Source: Desulfomicrobium sp. (lineage in GTDB: Bacteria; Desulfobacterota; Desulfovibrionia; Desulfovibrionales; Desulfomicrobiaceae). Taken from it: a stretch of 64,000 nucleotides of DNA. The stretch lies in assembly GCA_040768745.1 (NCBI GenBank), contig JAXGMI010000001.1, forward strand, positions 1,056,001 through 1,120,000, read 5' to 3'. A model generated the notes under the pieces. It was not told the origin of the DNA, made no database searches, and saw only the letters and a list, made by a program, of their open reading frames with translations. Shown in pieces: positions 28,095-36,729 of this stretch; the stretch's first letter is position 1, and the number at the start of each line of letters is the position of its first letter. The position numbers and the translations under genes were made by a program.

Positions 28095-29408
28095 ATGGAA
28101 AGTCAATTTCGACAAATCATACGCCAGAAAATAGCCGACTCCCTGGCGCTGCCTGTTCCCGCGTTGACGCGCAGGGATGTCTGGGTTCCTGGCGTTGCGG
28201 GCAAGGCGATTGCGGTCATCGGCATGAGGCGCGCCGGCAAGACGTGCATGCTGTGGCAGGAATTGGCTGACCGCCTGGCTGCGGGCGTCGCACGGTCCGC
28301 ATTGCTCTATTTCAGTTTCGAGGATGAACGTCTGGCCGGTATGCAGGCCAAGGATCTGGATCTCGTTGTCGAGGAATACTATCGCCAGCATCCGGAACAT
28401 CGTGGGCCCGCCAAGGCTGTTTTTTTTCTGGACGAAATTCAGCTTGTCCCTGGCTGGGAGACTTTTGTCCGCAGGATTCTGGACACGGAAAATGTCGATG
28501 TGTTTCTTTCCGGATCTTCCGCGCGCATGCTCTCGCGTGAAATTGCCAGCAGCATGCGCGGGCGGGCCATGGAAGCCCTTGTGCGCCCGTTTTCCTTTGT
28601 CGAAGCATTGCGTCACGCCGGCCAGGAGCCACCAGCGGCGGTCTGGCCCGACAAACGGTTGCGTTCGACTTTGGACAAGGCCCTTCTGACCTATCTTGAA
28701 AGCGGGGGATTTCCGGAAGCACAGGGACTGGACCAGCGCAGCCGGACGGAACTTATGCGCACGTATGTGGATGTGGTCCTTTTGCGTGATATCATCGAGC
28801 GCCATGATGTCTCTCACCCGCAGTGCCTGCGCTGGATGGTCAGGCATCTTCTCGGGAATCCGACGGGCGGTTTCAGCGTAAGCAAATTTCACAACGACCT
28901 GCGCTCCCAGGGCATGGCCATCGGCAAGGATAGACTGTACGCCTATCTGGAACATCTGGAAGATAGCTTCCTCCTGCGTTGCGTGCACCTGGCCACGGAC
29001 TCCATCCGACGCAGGCAGGTCAATCCCCGCAAGGTCTATCCTGTGGACACCGGACTGATCGCTCTTTTCAACCGCTCCGGCAAAGCCCAAATCGGTCACG
29101 CTTTGGAAACTGCGGCTCTTCACGAACTGGAGCGCAGGGGATGCGAGGTGGCGTATGTGAAAACGCAGAGCGGGTGGGAAGTGGATTTTCACGCGCGCAT
29201 GTCCGATGGGAAGGAGTATCTGGTTCAGGTCAGCGCCGATGTTGACGCTCCGGCGACCCTGGAGCGCGAGGTGCGCGCCTTGGTCGAAGCGGCGCAGGAC
29301 TTTCCGAACGCATCGTTGCAACTGGTGACATTGGCCCGGCCAGTGGGGCGCGCAAGTTTGCCGGACAACGTCGAAATGGTTGAAGCAAGTCAGTGGCTTC
29401 GGCCATGA
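28095..29408 (+). CDS. AAA_14 ATPase with DUF4143/PD-(D/E)xK-like C-terminus
   Basis: GMRRAGKT, FLDEIQ, SGSS, GGFPE, KVYPVDTG, EVDF...VQV. Confidence 0.87.
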   Translation: MESQFRQIIRQKIADSLALPVPALTRRDVWVPGVAGKAIAVIGMRRAGKTCMLWQELADRLAAGVARSALLYFSFEDERLAGMQAKDLDLVVEEYYRQHPEHRGPAKAVFFLDEIQLVPGWETFVRRILDTENVDVFLSGSSARMLSREIASSMRGRAMEALVRPFSFVEALRHAGQEPPAAVWPDKRLRSTLDKALLTYLESGGFPEAQGLDQRSRTELMRTYVDVVLLRDIIERHDVSHPQCLRWMVRHLLGNPTGGFSVSKFHNDLRSQGMAIGKDRLYAYLEHLEDSFLLRCVHLATDSIRRRQVNPRKVYPVDTGLIALFNRSGKAQIGHALETAALHELERRGCEVAYVKTQSGWEVDFHARMSDGKEYLVQVSADVDAPATLEREVRALVEAAQDFPNASLQLVTLARPVGRASLPDNVEMVEASQWLRP

Positions 29409-29432
29409 GTTGTTGAGAAAAAAGAAGCGCAG

Positions 29433-30449
29433 ATGAACAACACAGACAAGATCCTCGTGGCCGGAGCGGCCGGCATGGTCGGCAGCGCCCTGGTCCGCGC
29501 CCTGTTGGCCCAGGGCTTCGAAAACATCGTCGGCACCACCCACCGCAAGGTGCCGGATTTCGGCCCCAAGGCCAGGGGCCGGGTGCGGCTGGAACGCCTG
29601 GACCTCATGGACCAGTCCGCAGTGCGCGCCTTCCTGGAGCAGGAGCGGCCCGACCCGGTTTTCCTGGCCGCGGCCAAGGTCGGCGGCATCCACGCCAACA
29701 ACACCTGTCCGGCGGACTTCATCCACGCCAACCTGGCCATGCAGACGAACGTCATCCACAGCGCCTATAAGTCCGGCGTGCAGCGTCTCCTGTTCCTGGG
29801 CTCCAGCTGCATCTATCCCCGTGATTGCCCGCAGCCCATGAAGGAGGAATACCTGCTGACCGGACCCCTGGAGGCCACGAACCGCCCCTACGCCGTGGCC
29901 AAGATCGCGGGCATCGAGATGTGCTGGGCCTACAACCGCCAGTACGGCACACGATATCTGGCGGTCATGCCCACGAATCTCTACGGCCCGGGCGACAACT
30001 ACGACCTGCACACCAGCCACGTCCTGCCCGCCCTGATCCGCAAGGCGCACGAGGCCAGGGTGCGGGGGGACTCGCATTTTGTGGTCTGGGGGACGGGCAC
30101 GCCGCGCCGCGAATTCCTGTTCAGCGACGACCTGGCCGGGGCCTGCGCATTCCTGATGACCGGGGCCGGGAAGACCGAGGCGCTGTTCAACGACCACGAA
30201 CCGCCCCTGGTCAACATCGGCTGCGGCGAGGACGTGACCATCGCCGAACTGGGGCGGATGGTGGCGGAGGTTGTGGGTTTTGAGGGCGGGATCGTGTTCG
30301 ATCCCGGCAAGCCCGATGGGACGCCGCAGAAGCTTCTCGATGTTTCGAGGATGAGGGGCATGGGCTGGCGGCCGAGCGTTGCGTTGCCGGAGGGGATCGG
30401 GTTGGCGTATGGGGATTATGTTGGGAAGTGGCTGCCGGAGTGTTCCTGA
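29433..30449 (+). CDS. fcl: GDP-L-fucose synthase
   Basis: GAAGMVGSA, AAKVGGIHAN, LGSSCIYP, YAVAK, PTNLYGPGDNY, KPDGTPQK. Confidence 0.95.
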   Translation: MNNTDKILVAGAAGMVGSALVRALLAQGFENIVGTTHRKVPDFGPKARGRVRLERLDLMDQSAVRAFLEQERPDPVFLAAAKVGGIHANNTCPADFIHANLAMQTNVIHSAYKSGVQRLLFLGSSCIYPRDCPQPMKEEYLLTGPLEATNRPYAVAKIAGIEMCWAYNRQYGTRYLAVMPTNLYGPGDNYDLHTSHVLPALIRKAHEARVRGDSHFVVWGTGTPRREFLFSDDLAGACAFLMTGAGKTEALFNDHEPPLVNIGCGEDVTIAELGRMVAEVVGFEGGIVFDPGKPDGTPQKLLDVSRMRGMGWRPSVALPEGIGLAYGDYVGKWLPECS

Positions 30450-30847
30450 TGGAAACAGAGAGCATGGTGCACGCTATCAGGCAAACCCTGACCGATCCGG
30501 ATATCAGGTTGGCCATTCTGTTCGGCTCGCAGGCGTCCGGAAAAACCCATGCCGGTTCGGATGCCGACGTGGCCGTGGTGCTGGACGGCGAGATGTCTCC
30601 AACTCGCCGGGGAGAACTGAGCGCACGGTTGTCTGAGGCGCTGGGATGCGAGGTCGATGTCGCCGATCTGCGCGAAGCCCAGGGCGAGTTTCTGGCGCAG
30701 ATCGTCCTTGGCGGGGTGGTGGCGGTAAAGCGGGACACTTCCCTTCTGGCCGAACTCGCCATTCGGGCGCTGGGATACCGGGCAGACTTGCGGCCGATGG
30801 TGCTCCGGGCGCTCAAGGACAAGGTGGGGAGAAGCCTGCATGGATGA
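30449..30847 (+). CDS. MNT antitoxin (MntA-like)
   Basis: LFGSQASGKTHAGSDAD (GS-X10-DXD); start overlaps the fcl stop. Confidence 0.85.
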   Translation: METESMVHAIRQTLTDPDIRLAILFGSQASGKTHAGSDADVAVVLDGEMSPTRRGELSARLSEALGCEVDVADLREAQGEFLAQIVLGGVVAVKRDTSLLAELAIRALGYRADLRPMVLRALKDKVGRSLHG

Positions 30848-31271
30848 AATGCTCATTTTGCGGAAAATGGAATCCCTTGGCAGATGCGTGGACAGAATCC
30901 GCTCCAAGCGCGGCTTCACGCACGAAGAACTGCTTCGAAACCATGATCTGCAGGATATCTTGAGCGTCAATCTCCAACGCGCGGTGCAACTGAGTGTGGA
31001 CATCGCCTTACACATGCTCTCCGATCTCTCCGGAACGCTTCCGGACACGATGGGGGCGGCCTTCATCGCGCTACGAGAACACGGAGTCATTCCAGAGCGC
31101 ACGGCCAACGCCCTTCGCAGCAGCGTCGGGCTTCGCAATGTGGCCGTGCACGATTATGTCGCCGTGAATTGGCAGATCGTTCAGGATGTTGTTGACGGAC
31201 ATGTGGAAGTGTTCGCGGATTTCATGCGTGAAGTTGAGGGCTGGCTCGGTAGGCGCGGTGTGAGGAAGTGA
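30840..31271 (+). CDS. HEPN toxin (DUF86/HepT-like RNase)
   Basis: GLRNVAVHDY (R-X4-H-X-Y); overlaps the upstream MNT. Confidence 0.88.
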   Translation: MDEMLILRKMESLGRCVDRIRSKRGFTHEELLRNHDLQDILSVNLQRAVQLSVDIALHMLSDLSGTLPDTMGAAFIALREHGVIPERTANALRSSVGLRNVAVHDYVAVNWQIVQDVVDGHVEVFADFMREVEGWLGRRGVRK

Positions 31272-31291
31272 GCCCGGCGCGAGGAGGGGAC

Positions 31292-31597
31292 ATGCGTATC
31301 ACGGAAACAGAGCGTCGAGTGTTGCGCGACGAGGCACAAAAAGCTTTCGGGGCAGACTCCAAGGTTTTTCTTTTCGGTTCACGTGCGGATGACGCCCGGC
31401 GTGGCGGGGACATCGACCTGCTGGTGGAGACCGGCAAGACAGGGCACGACGCCATTTTCGAAGCCCAGCTCCGTTTTTTGGCCAGGGTCAAGTTGGCTCT
31501 TGGAGAACGAAAAATCGACGTGCTCGTGGACTACCCGGATCGCACGTGCCGTCCTGAAATTTTGCGTATCGCACGGGATCAGGGGATACAGCTGTGA
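31292..31597 (+). CDS. MNT (copy 1 of 'MNT-A'); cognate HEPN deleted
   Basis: LFGSRADDARRGGDID; near-identical to 34549-34854. Confidence 0.85.
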   Translation: MRITETERRVLRDEAQKAFGADSKVFLFGSRADDARRGGDIDLLVETGKTGHDAIFEAQLRFLARVKLALGERKIDVLVDYPDRTCRPEILRIARDQGIQL

Positions 31598-31626
31598 TTT
31601 CGATGAACAGTGAAGTCAATCAATGA
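31594..31626 (+). pseudogene. 5' stub of the HEPN-A gene
   Basis: GTGATTTCGATGAACAGTGAAGTCAAT matches the first 27 nt of 34851 (GTGATTTCGGAAAACAGTGATGTCAAT), then a stop follows. Confidence 0.7.
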
Positions 31627-31630
31627 AAAA

Positions 31631-31687
31631 ATGGACGGGATTGGTTTTTAAAATGAAAGAATCCTCAAAGGGAGACGTGGTCCCATG
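31631..31687 (+). repeat. Cassette-junction repeat, copy 1
   Basis: ATGGACGGGATTGGTTTTTAAAATGAAAGAATCCTCAAAGGGAGACGTGGTCCCATG; 50/57 identical to 36730-36786 by manual alignment. Confidence 0.85.
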
Positions 31688-31689
31688 CT

Positions 31690-31748
31690 TGGGTTGGCGC
31701 CCAACCGTTGCGTTATCGGAGGGGATCGGGTTGGCGTATGGGGATTAT
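31690..31748 (+). repeat. Duplicated 3'-terminal fragment of fcl
   Basis: 53/59 identical to 30361-30419; the last 32 nt are identical. Confidence 0.9.
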
Positions 31749-31794
31749 CCGGAAAATTTCAGGTAAGGCGCGCACCAGGTCTGCGGGAGGGGTA

Positions 31795-32094
31795 ATGCGA
31801 CTGAGTCCTGGACAGAAGTCATTGCTGGTAAGGATGGTCAGGAGACATCTTGGTCCAAAGTCGGAAGTGTACCTTTTTGGGTCGCGTCTTGATGATACGC
31901 TCAAAGGCGGGGATGTTGACATCCTGGTCGATGTCGAAAAGCCAGTGCCGCGGATTACGCATGCACGCCTTGTGCTGGATCTTGAGGAGGCACTCGGACT
32001 GCCTGTGGATGTGTCGTTTCGAGTCAAGGGGGAGAATCTCTCGGCGTTTCAAAAAATGATTGGTGCCAATGCGAAACGGTTGGAGGTGGCATGA
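31795..32094 (+). CDS. MNT antitoxin
   Basis: YLFGSRLDDTLKGGDVD; RBS GGAGG. Confidence 0.85.
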   Translation: MRLSPGQKSLLVRMVRRHLGPKSEVYLFGSRLDDTLKGGDVDILVDVEKPVPRITHARLVLDLEEALGLPVDVSFRVKGENLSAFQKMIGANAKRLEVA

Positions 32095-32645
32095 GCGGTT
32101 CCTTGCGGGCAGGAGAAGAATATCTGGCCGAACTCCTGGAGGCGATCCAGCGGTGCACGTACTTTCTTGACGGATCAATTGGTCGGCTGACGTGGCCGCT
32201 CGACCCGGAGTTCCTGGAAAGTCGAAAGATGGATGTCGAGGTGTTTGAGACGGTGTCCGCCATAAACGAGCGTTTCGCGAAGCTTCAAGACACGCTCGGC
32301 GCGGCAATGCGGTGCGCGGCGGTCTTGTCGGGCGAGCAGGTTTCTATATTTTTGCGTGTTTTGACGTTCTATGAAAAAATCGGAGTGCTTGAATCAGTGC
32401 GGCAATGGCAGGAATGTCGAACTGCACGCAATCTCGCCGCACACGATTACGATACCAACTACGAGGCCATTGCCGATCATTTCAACACGCTGCATGCCAT
32501 GACCCCTTTTTTGTATGGCACGGCATGGCGCTTTGCGGAGTACTGTCAGAATACGCTAGGTGTTTTCCCGAAGTCCAGGGACTTTGAACCCGGATTTACC
32601 CAAGTGGCGAGACCGTTCGGAGAACAACGCAGTCGAGATGCGTAA
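32091..32645 (+). CDS. HEPN-domain protein (putative toxin)
   Basis: ERFAKLQDTLG, RNLAAHDY; ATGA overlap with the MNT gene. Confidence 0.8.
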   Translation: MSGSLRAGEEYLAELLEAIQRCTYFLDGSIGRLTWPLDPEFLESRKMDVEVFETVSAINERFAKLQDTLGAAMRCAAVLSGEQVSIFLRVLTFYEKIGVLESVRQWQECRTARNLAAHDYDTNYEAIADHFNTLHAMTPFLYGTAWRFAEYCQNTLGVFPKSRDFEPGFTQVARPFGEQRSRDA

Positions 32646-32718
32646 AGAAAAGGTATCGTGTATTGGTGTCAAATGGGGATGGCAATTGGGTAGTTTTTAG
32701 AGCTTAACTGTTTGGAAT

Positions 32719-32765
32719 TGTATATAAAAATATAGTATTGTTAAAAGAAGACCTGATCCCGTTCC
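32719..32765 (+). repeat. Cassette-junction repeat, copy 2 (AT-rich variant)
   Basis: TGTATATAAAAATATAGTATTGTTAAAAGAAGACCTGATCCCGTTCC; resembles 36222-36267. Confidence 0.65.
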
Positions 32766-32770
32766 CTGAT

Positions 32771-32851
32771 TCCATCAGATCGATAATGAGGAGCTACTCG
32801 CTCACATTGGCCGGGTTGGCGAAAGTATTTTTCGTAGGCAAGGGTCGCGGG
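32771..32851 (+). pseudogene. Orphan 3' fragment of the MNT domain encoded at 36084-36164
   Basis: Encodes HQIDNEELLAHIGRVGESIFRR versus HHIDNEELLAHIGRVGKSIFRR; about 67/81 nt identical. Confidence 0.85.
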
Positions 32852-32880
32852 TGGGAAGACTGTGACAACGATGAACTCGT

Positions 32881-34275
32881 ATGAACGAAACTGAACTCTT
32901 TGCCATCATTGCCAGAGGCGAGGACAGCCGCCATCAATTCAAGCGAGATTTCAGCAATATCGACTCGCTGGCTGCGGAACTGATCGCTTTTTCGAATACA
33001 AGCGGGGGGTTGCTGTTGGTTGGCATCGACGATGACGGACATGTCTGCGGCTTGGACGCTACGGATGTGTCCAGGCTTAATCAACTGCTGTCGAATGCTT
33101 CCTCGCAGAACGTTCGTCCTCCCATTAATCCGACAACCAGCAATGTCATGACCGGAAGTGGCCTTGTCGTGGTGATTGATGTAGCCGAGGGCTTGAACAA
33201 ACCCTACATGGATGCCCTGGGCCGGATTTGGGTCAAAAGTGGTGCGGACAAGCGCCATTTGACCGCACGAGAAGAGATGCAGCGACTGTTTCAATCCTCC
33301 GGGCTCGTGTATGCGGACGAGGTCCCGGTTCGGCCGGCCACATTCACCGATCTCGATCAGGACGCCTTTGGCAAATATTTTGGCAAGCGCTATCAGCGAT
33401 CTGTCGAAAGTACCGGCCTGGCCCTGCCGCAACTGCTTGCCAACCTTAATTTGGCAGGCGACGGCGCACCCAACCTGGCGGCCCTGATGCTGTTCGGCAA
33501 GTCGCCGCATGTGTTTAAGCCATCCTTCATTGTCAAATCAGTCGCTTTTCCTGGCACGGTGTTACATGACAATCGCTACTTGGACAGCGAGGACATAGAC
33601 GGCAATCTGTTCGAGCAGTATCGTCGCTCCATGGCCTTTATCAAACGCAATCTGCGTCACGTGCAGGGCGATCAGGGCTTCAACAGCCCTGGATTATTGG
33701 AGATACCTGAGGCGGTTTTCGAAGAGTTGCTCGTCAACGCCTTGGTGCATCGTGATTATTTTCTGAGCGCCCCTATTCGGCTGCTGATTTTTTCCGATCG
33801 GGTGGAGATCATCAGTCCTGGGCATCTGCCCAACCATCTGGATTCCAACAAAATCCGCTACGGCATTTCAAACCTTCGAAATCCCGTCCTGGCCTCCCAT
33901 GCTTTCCACATGTTGCCCTATCGTGGACTTGGAAGCGGCATTCCGCGAGCCTTGGCGAGTTGGCCTGATATCGAGTTGATCGAAGATCGCGCAGGCAATC
34001 AATTCAAAGCTGTCGTCCACCGGCCGGACAGAGACAACGCACAGCCAGAGTCGCAGCCAGAGTCGCAGCCAGAGTCGCTGGAGAACTCCGTGTTGCGTAT
34101 TCTGGCAGAAAGGCCGGCCGGCAAGGCCGAGATTTCAGTTCGGCTTGGGCAGAAGCGCGTTTCGGGGCAGCTCAACAAAGTCATGCGCGCGTTGCTTGAC
34201 GCTGGTGTGATTGAACACACCATTCCGGAGAAGCCGACAAGTCGCCTGCAAAAGTATCGGATTAGTTCAAACTGA
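32881..34275 (+). CDS. AlbA_2 (Schlafen-like) + HATPase_c_4 (RecG-C-like) + HTH protein
   Basis: GEDSRHQFK, IAFSNTSGGLLLVGIDDDG, ELLVNALVHRDY, RNPVLA, GSGIPR, TIPEKPTSRLQKY. Confidence 0.82.
   Translation: MNETELFAIIARGEDSRHQFKRDFSNIDSLAAELIAFSNTSGGLLLVGIDDDGHVCGLDATDVSRLNQLLSNASSQNVRPPINPTTSNVMTGSGLVVVIDVAEGLNKPYMDALGRIWVKSGADKRHLTAREEMQRLFQSSGLVYADEVPVRPATFTDLDQDAFGKYFGKRYQRSVESTGLALPQLLANLNLAGDGAPNLAALMLFGKSPHVFKPSFIVKSVAFPGTVLHDNRYLDSEDIDGNLFEQYRRSMAFIKRNLRHVQGDQGFNSPGLLEIPEAVFEELLVNALVHRDYFLSAPIRLLIFSDRVEIISPGHLPNHLDSNKIRYGISNLRNPVLASHAFHMLPYRGLGSGIPRALASWPDIELIEDRAGNQFKAVVHRPDRDNAQPESQPESQPESLENSVLRILAERPAGKAEISVRLGQKRVSGQLNKVMRALLDAGVIEHTIPEKPTSRLQKYRISSN
34042..34077 (+). repeat. In-frame 12-bp tandem repeat (CAGCCAGAGTCG)x3
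   Basis: Encodes QPES x3 in the linker before the HTH. Confidence 0.9.
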
Positions 34276-34362
34276 AGAGGATATCAGAAGAGAAGAAATT
34301 TACGCTTCATTATCTTGGGCGGGTTGGGAAGACTGTTTTCCGCCGACAAGGGTAGCGAGAGA

Positions 34363-34415
34363 GGATTGGTTTTGGAAATGGAAGAATCGTCAAAGGAAGA
34401 CGTGCCCCCCATGTC
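34363..34415 (+). repeat. Cassette-junction repeat, copy 3
   Basis: GGATTGGTTTTGGAAATGGAAGAATCGTCAAAGGAAGACGTGCCCCCCATGTC. Confidence 0.85.
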
Positions 34416-34548
34416 TGGCGGCGGGCCGGAGGCGGATGGAAATCCTGGAAGCCTTCGTGAAAGGCAAGCAGAGTGTCTGGCATGACGGATGACAGGATAT
34501 CCAAAGCAGGCGCGGTATGAGGAAGTGAGCCCGGCACGAGGAGAGGAC

Positions 34549-34854
34549 ATGCGTATCACGGAAACAGAGCGTCGAGTGTTGCGCGACGAGGCACAAAAAG
34601 CTTTCGGGGCAGACTCCAAGGTTTTTCTTTTCGGTTCACGAGTGGAGGATGCTCTGCGGGGTGGAGACATCGATCTGTTGGTGGAGACTGGAAAGATGGG
34701 GCATGCCGCCATTTTCGAAGCTCAACTCCATTTTTTGGCCCGGGTCAAGTTGGCCCTTGGGGAACAAAAAATCGACGTGCTTGTGGATTACCCGGATCGC
34801 ACGAGCCGTCCTGAAATTTTGCGCATCGCACGGGCTCAGGGGGTGCAGTTGTGA
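34549..34854 (+). CDS. MNT (copy 2 of 'MNT-A')
   Basis: LFGSRVEDALRGGDID; block 34508-34877 duplicates 31251-31620. Confidence 0.87.
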   Translation: MRITETERRVLRDEAQKAFGADSKVFLFGSRVEDALRGGDIDLLVETGKMGHAAIFEAQLHFLARVKLALGEQKIDVLVDYPDRTSRPEILRIARAQGVQL

Positions 34855-35327
34855 TTTCGGAAAACAGTGATGTCAATGCATTGCGTTTCCATGACGCATG
34901 GAAGGAATGTTGTACGCATCTGACCCACGCCCGGCATGCCCTCAAATCAATGGAGGCGCATTTGCCGCTTGATGGGCAAAAATTATCGAGCCTTGATTTA
35001 GAGTCCATTCAAGACATCGATCAGCTTGTGTATCGATATTCCAAGCTGCAAGACAGCATGGGTAGCAAGCTTTTTCCAGCGCTTCTTAAAATTCTTATGG
35101 AGCCGTTGGAAGACAGCCCCATGTTGGACAAGCTCAATAAGCTGGAGAAACTAGGGGTTCTCCCCAGCGTTCAGCGTTGGCAGGAACTCCGGGAAATTCG
35201 CAACAAATTTGCACATGACTATCCCGAAGGAGACGAGATGAAGGCCGCGGTATTGAATGCTGCATGCTCCAGCATCGAGGAACTGGCCGAAGTCTTGGAT
35301 CGTGTGGGCAAGGCAGGTGGAGTGTGA
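34851..35327 (+). CDS. HEPN-domain protein ('HEPN-A', putative toxin)
   Basis: DQLVYRYSKLQDSMG, RNKFAHDY; GTGA overlap with MNT-A. Confidence 0.82.
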   Translation: MISENSDVNALRFHDAWKECCTHLTHARHALKSMEAHLPLDGQKLSSLDLESIQDIDQLVYRYSKLQDSMGSKLFPALLKILMEPLEDSPMLDKLNKLEKLGVLPSVQRWQELREIRNKFAHDYPEGDEMKAAVLNAACSSIEELAEVLDRVGKAGGV

Positions 35328-35419
35328 GGTGTTCTAAGCGGTTCAAACTTTATTCAGAATGATAGGTGCCAAAAAAAGAGGTTTTTTTTGAAGGTATCTG
35401 GTCGGCAAGGGAGCACGTC

Positions 35420-36154
35420 ATGACGGGAAACGGTGCGGATGTCCGGTGGAAGCAACGGTTTGCGAATTTCAAGAAGGCCTTGTCCCAGTTGAAAAAATTT
35501 GTGGAAAAGGGCCAGCTGAACGAACTGGAAGAACAGGGGGCGATTCAAGCCTTTGAATATACGTACGAACTGGCCTGGAATGTCATGAAAGACTTTTTGG
35601 AACACCAGGGTCAGACAGATATCTACGGATCTAGGGACGCGATCCGTAAAGCCTTCCAACTTGGCCTGATCACTGACGGCGACAAGTGGATGGACGCCTA
35701 TAAGAGCAGGACCAAAACCTCGCATACCTACAATGAGGAAACAGCCAGGGAGATGGTCGATGCCATCCTGGGCGTATATCATGGGCTTTTTGAGGCCCTG
35801 CAGGAGAAGATGGAACCTTTGCTTGACCGTGACCGGGAAGCGGCATCCGGCAATCGTTTTGGCATCGAGAGCGAGATGTTTGAACGGATCGTTGACGTGT
35901 TGCGCGACAATCCATTGGTCGAGGAAGTGATTCTCTACGGATCGCGAGCCAAGGGTGTGCAGAAATCCGGTTCTGATATCGACTTGGTGCTCAAAGGGAA
36001 AGATCTCGCTCTGCAGGACTTGAATCGGATCAGTCTGGCTCTGGATGATCTGCTCCTGCCGTATACCTTTGATCTTTCGCTTTTCCATCACATCGACAAT
36101 GAGGAACTGCTTGCTCACATTGGACGGGTCGGGAAAAGCATTTTTCGCAGGTAG
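35420..36154 (+). CDS. HEPN (HI0074-like substrate-binding subunit) fused to MNT
   Basis: RWKQRFANF, IQAFEYTYELAW, RTKTSHTY, then LYGSRAKGVQKSGSDID and LLLPYTFDL, all in one frame. Confidence 0.85.
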   Translation: MTGNGADVRWKQRFANFKKALSQLKKFVEKGQLNELEEQGAIQAFEYTYELAWNVMKDFLEHQGQTDIYGSRDAIRKAFQLGLITDGDKWMDAYKSRTKTSHTYNEETAREMVDAILGVYHGLFEALQEKMEPLLDRDREAASGNRFGIESEMFERIVDVLRDNPLVEEVILYGSRAKGVQKSGSDIDLVLKGKDLALQDLNRISLALDDLLLPYTFDLSLFHHIDNEELLAHIGRVGKSIFRR

Positions 36155-36221
36155 GGGTAGCGGGTAACGAGTGGAAAGGTCGATGGATTGCAGGATCATG
36201 AGATCTAATTGAGATGTATTA

Positions 36222-36267
36222 TGTATAAAATGGAAGTGTCGTCAAAAGAAGACTTGATAACCTTGTC
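36222..36267 (+). repeat. Cassette-junction repeat, copy 4
   Basis: TGTATAAAATGGAAGTGTCGTCAAAAGAAGACTTGATAACCTTGTC. Confidence 0.75.
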
Positions 36268-36272
36268 TTCTC

Positions 36273-36630
36273 TGGGCAAAAATTATCGAGCCTTGATTTA
36301 GAGTCCATTCAAGACATCGATCAGCTTGTGTATCGATATTCCGAGCTGCAAGACAGCATGGGTAGCAAGCTTTTTCCAGCGCTTCTCAAAGTTCTTATGG
36401 AGCCGTTGGAAGAGAGCCCCATGTTGGACAAGCTCAATAAGCTGGAGAAACTCGGGGTTCTCCCCAGCGTTCAGCGTTGGCAGAAAATCCGGGAAATTCG
36501 CAACAAATTTGCATATGACTATCCCGAAGGAGACGAGATGAAGGCCGCGGTATTGAATGCTGCATGTTCCAGCGTCGAAGAACTGGTCGAAGTCTTGGAT
36601 CATGTAGGCAAGGAAGGTGGAGTGTTATAG
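36273..36630 (+). pseudogene. 5'-truncated duplicate of HEPN-A
   Basis: 36273-36625 aligns without gaps to 34973-35325 (offset 1300) with few substitutions; lacks the first ~40 codons; RNKFAH changed to RNKFAY. Confidence 0.88.
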
Positions 36631-36729
36631 GCGAAAAACTTTAGTCGGATGATGCGAGCAAGGAATGCGTCCGGAAGAGGCTACGGTTGGTGAGTTTTGC
36701 CAAGGTCAAAATGTTTTTCAGTGAAAGAA

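Noticed and set aside
36202..36229. Possible dif/pdif site (TTATGTATAAA resembles a XerD arm)
   Set aside because: The left arm GATCTAATTGA does not match a XerC arm, and the other repeat copies lack the motif.
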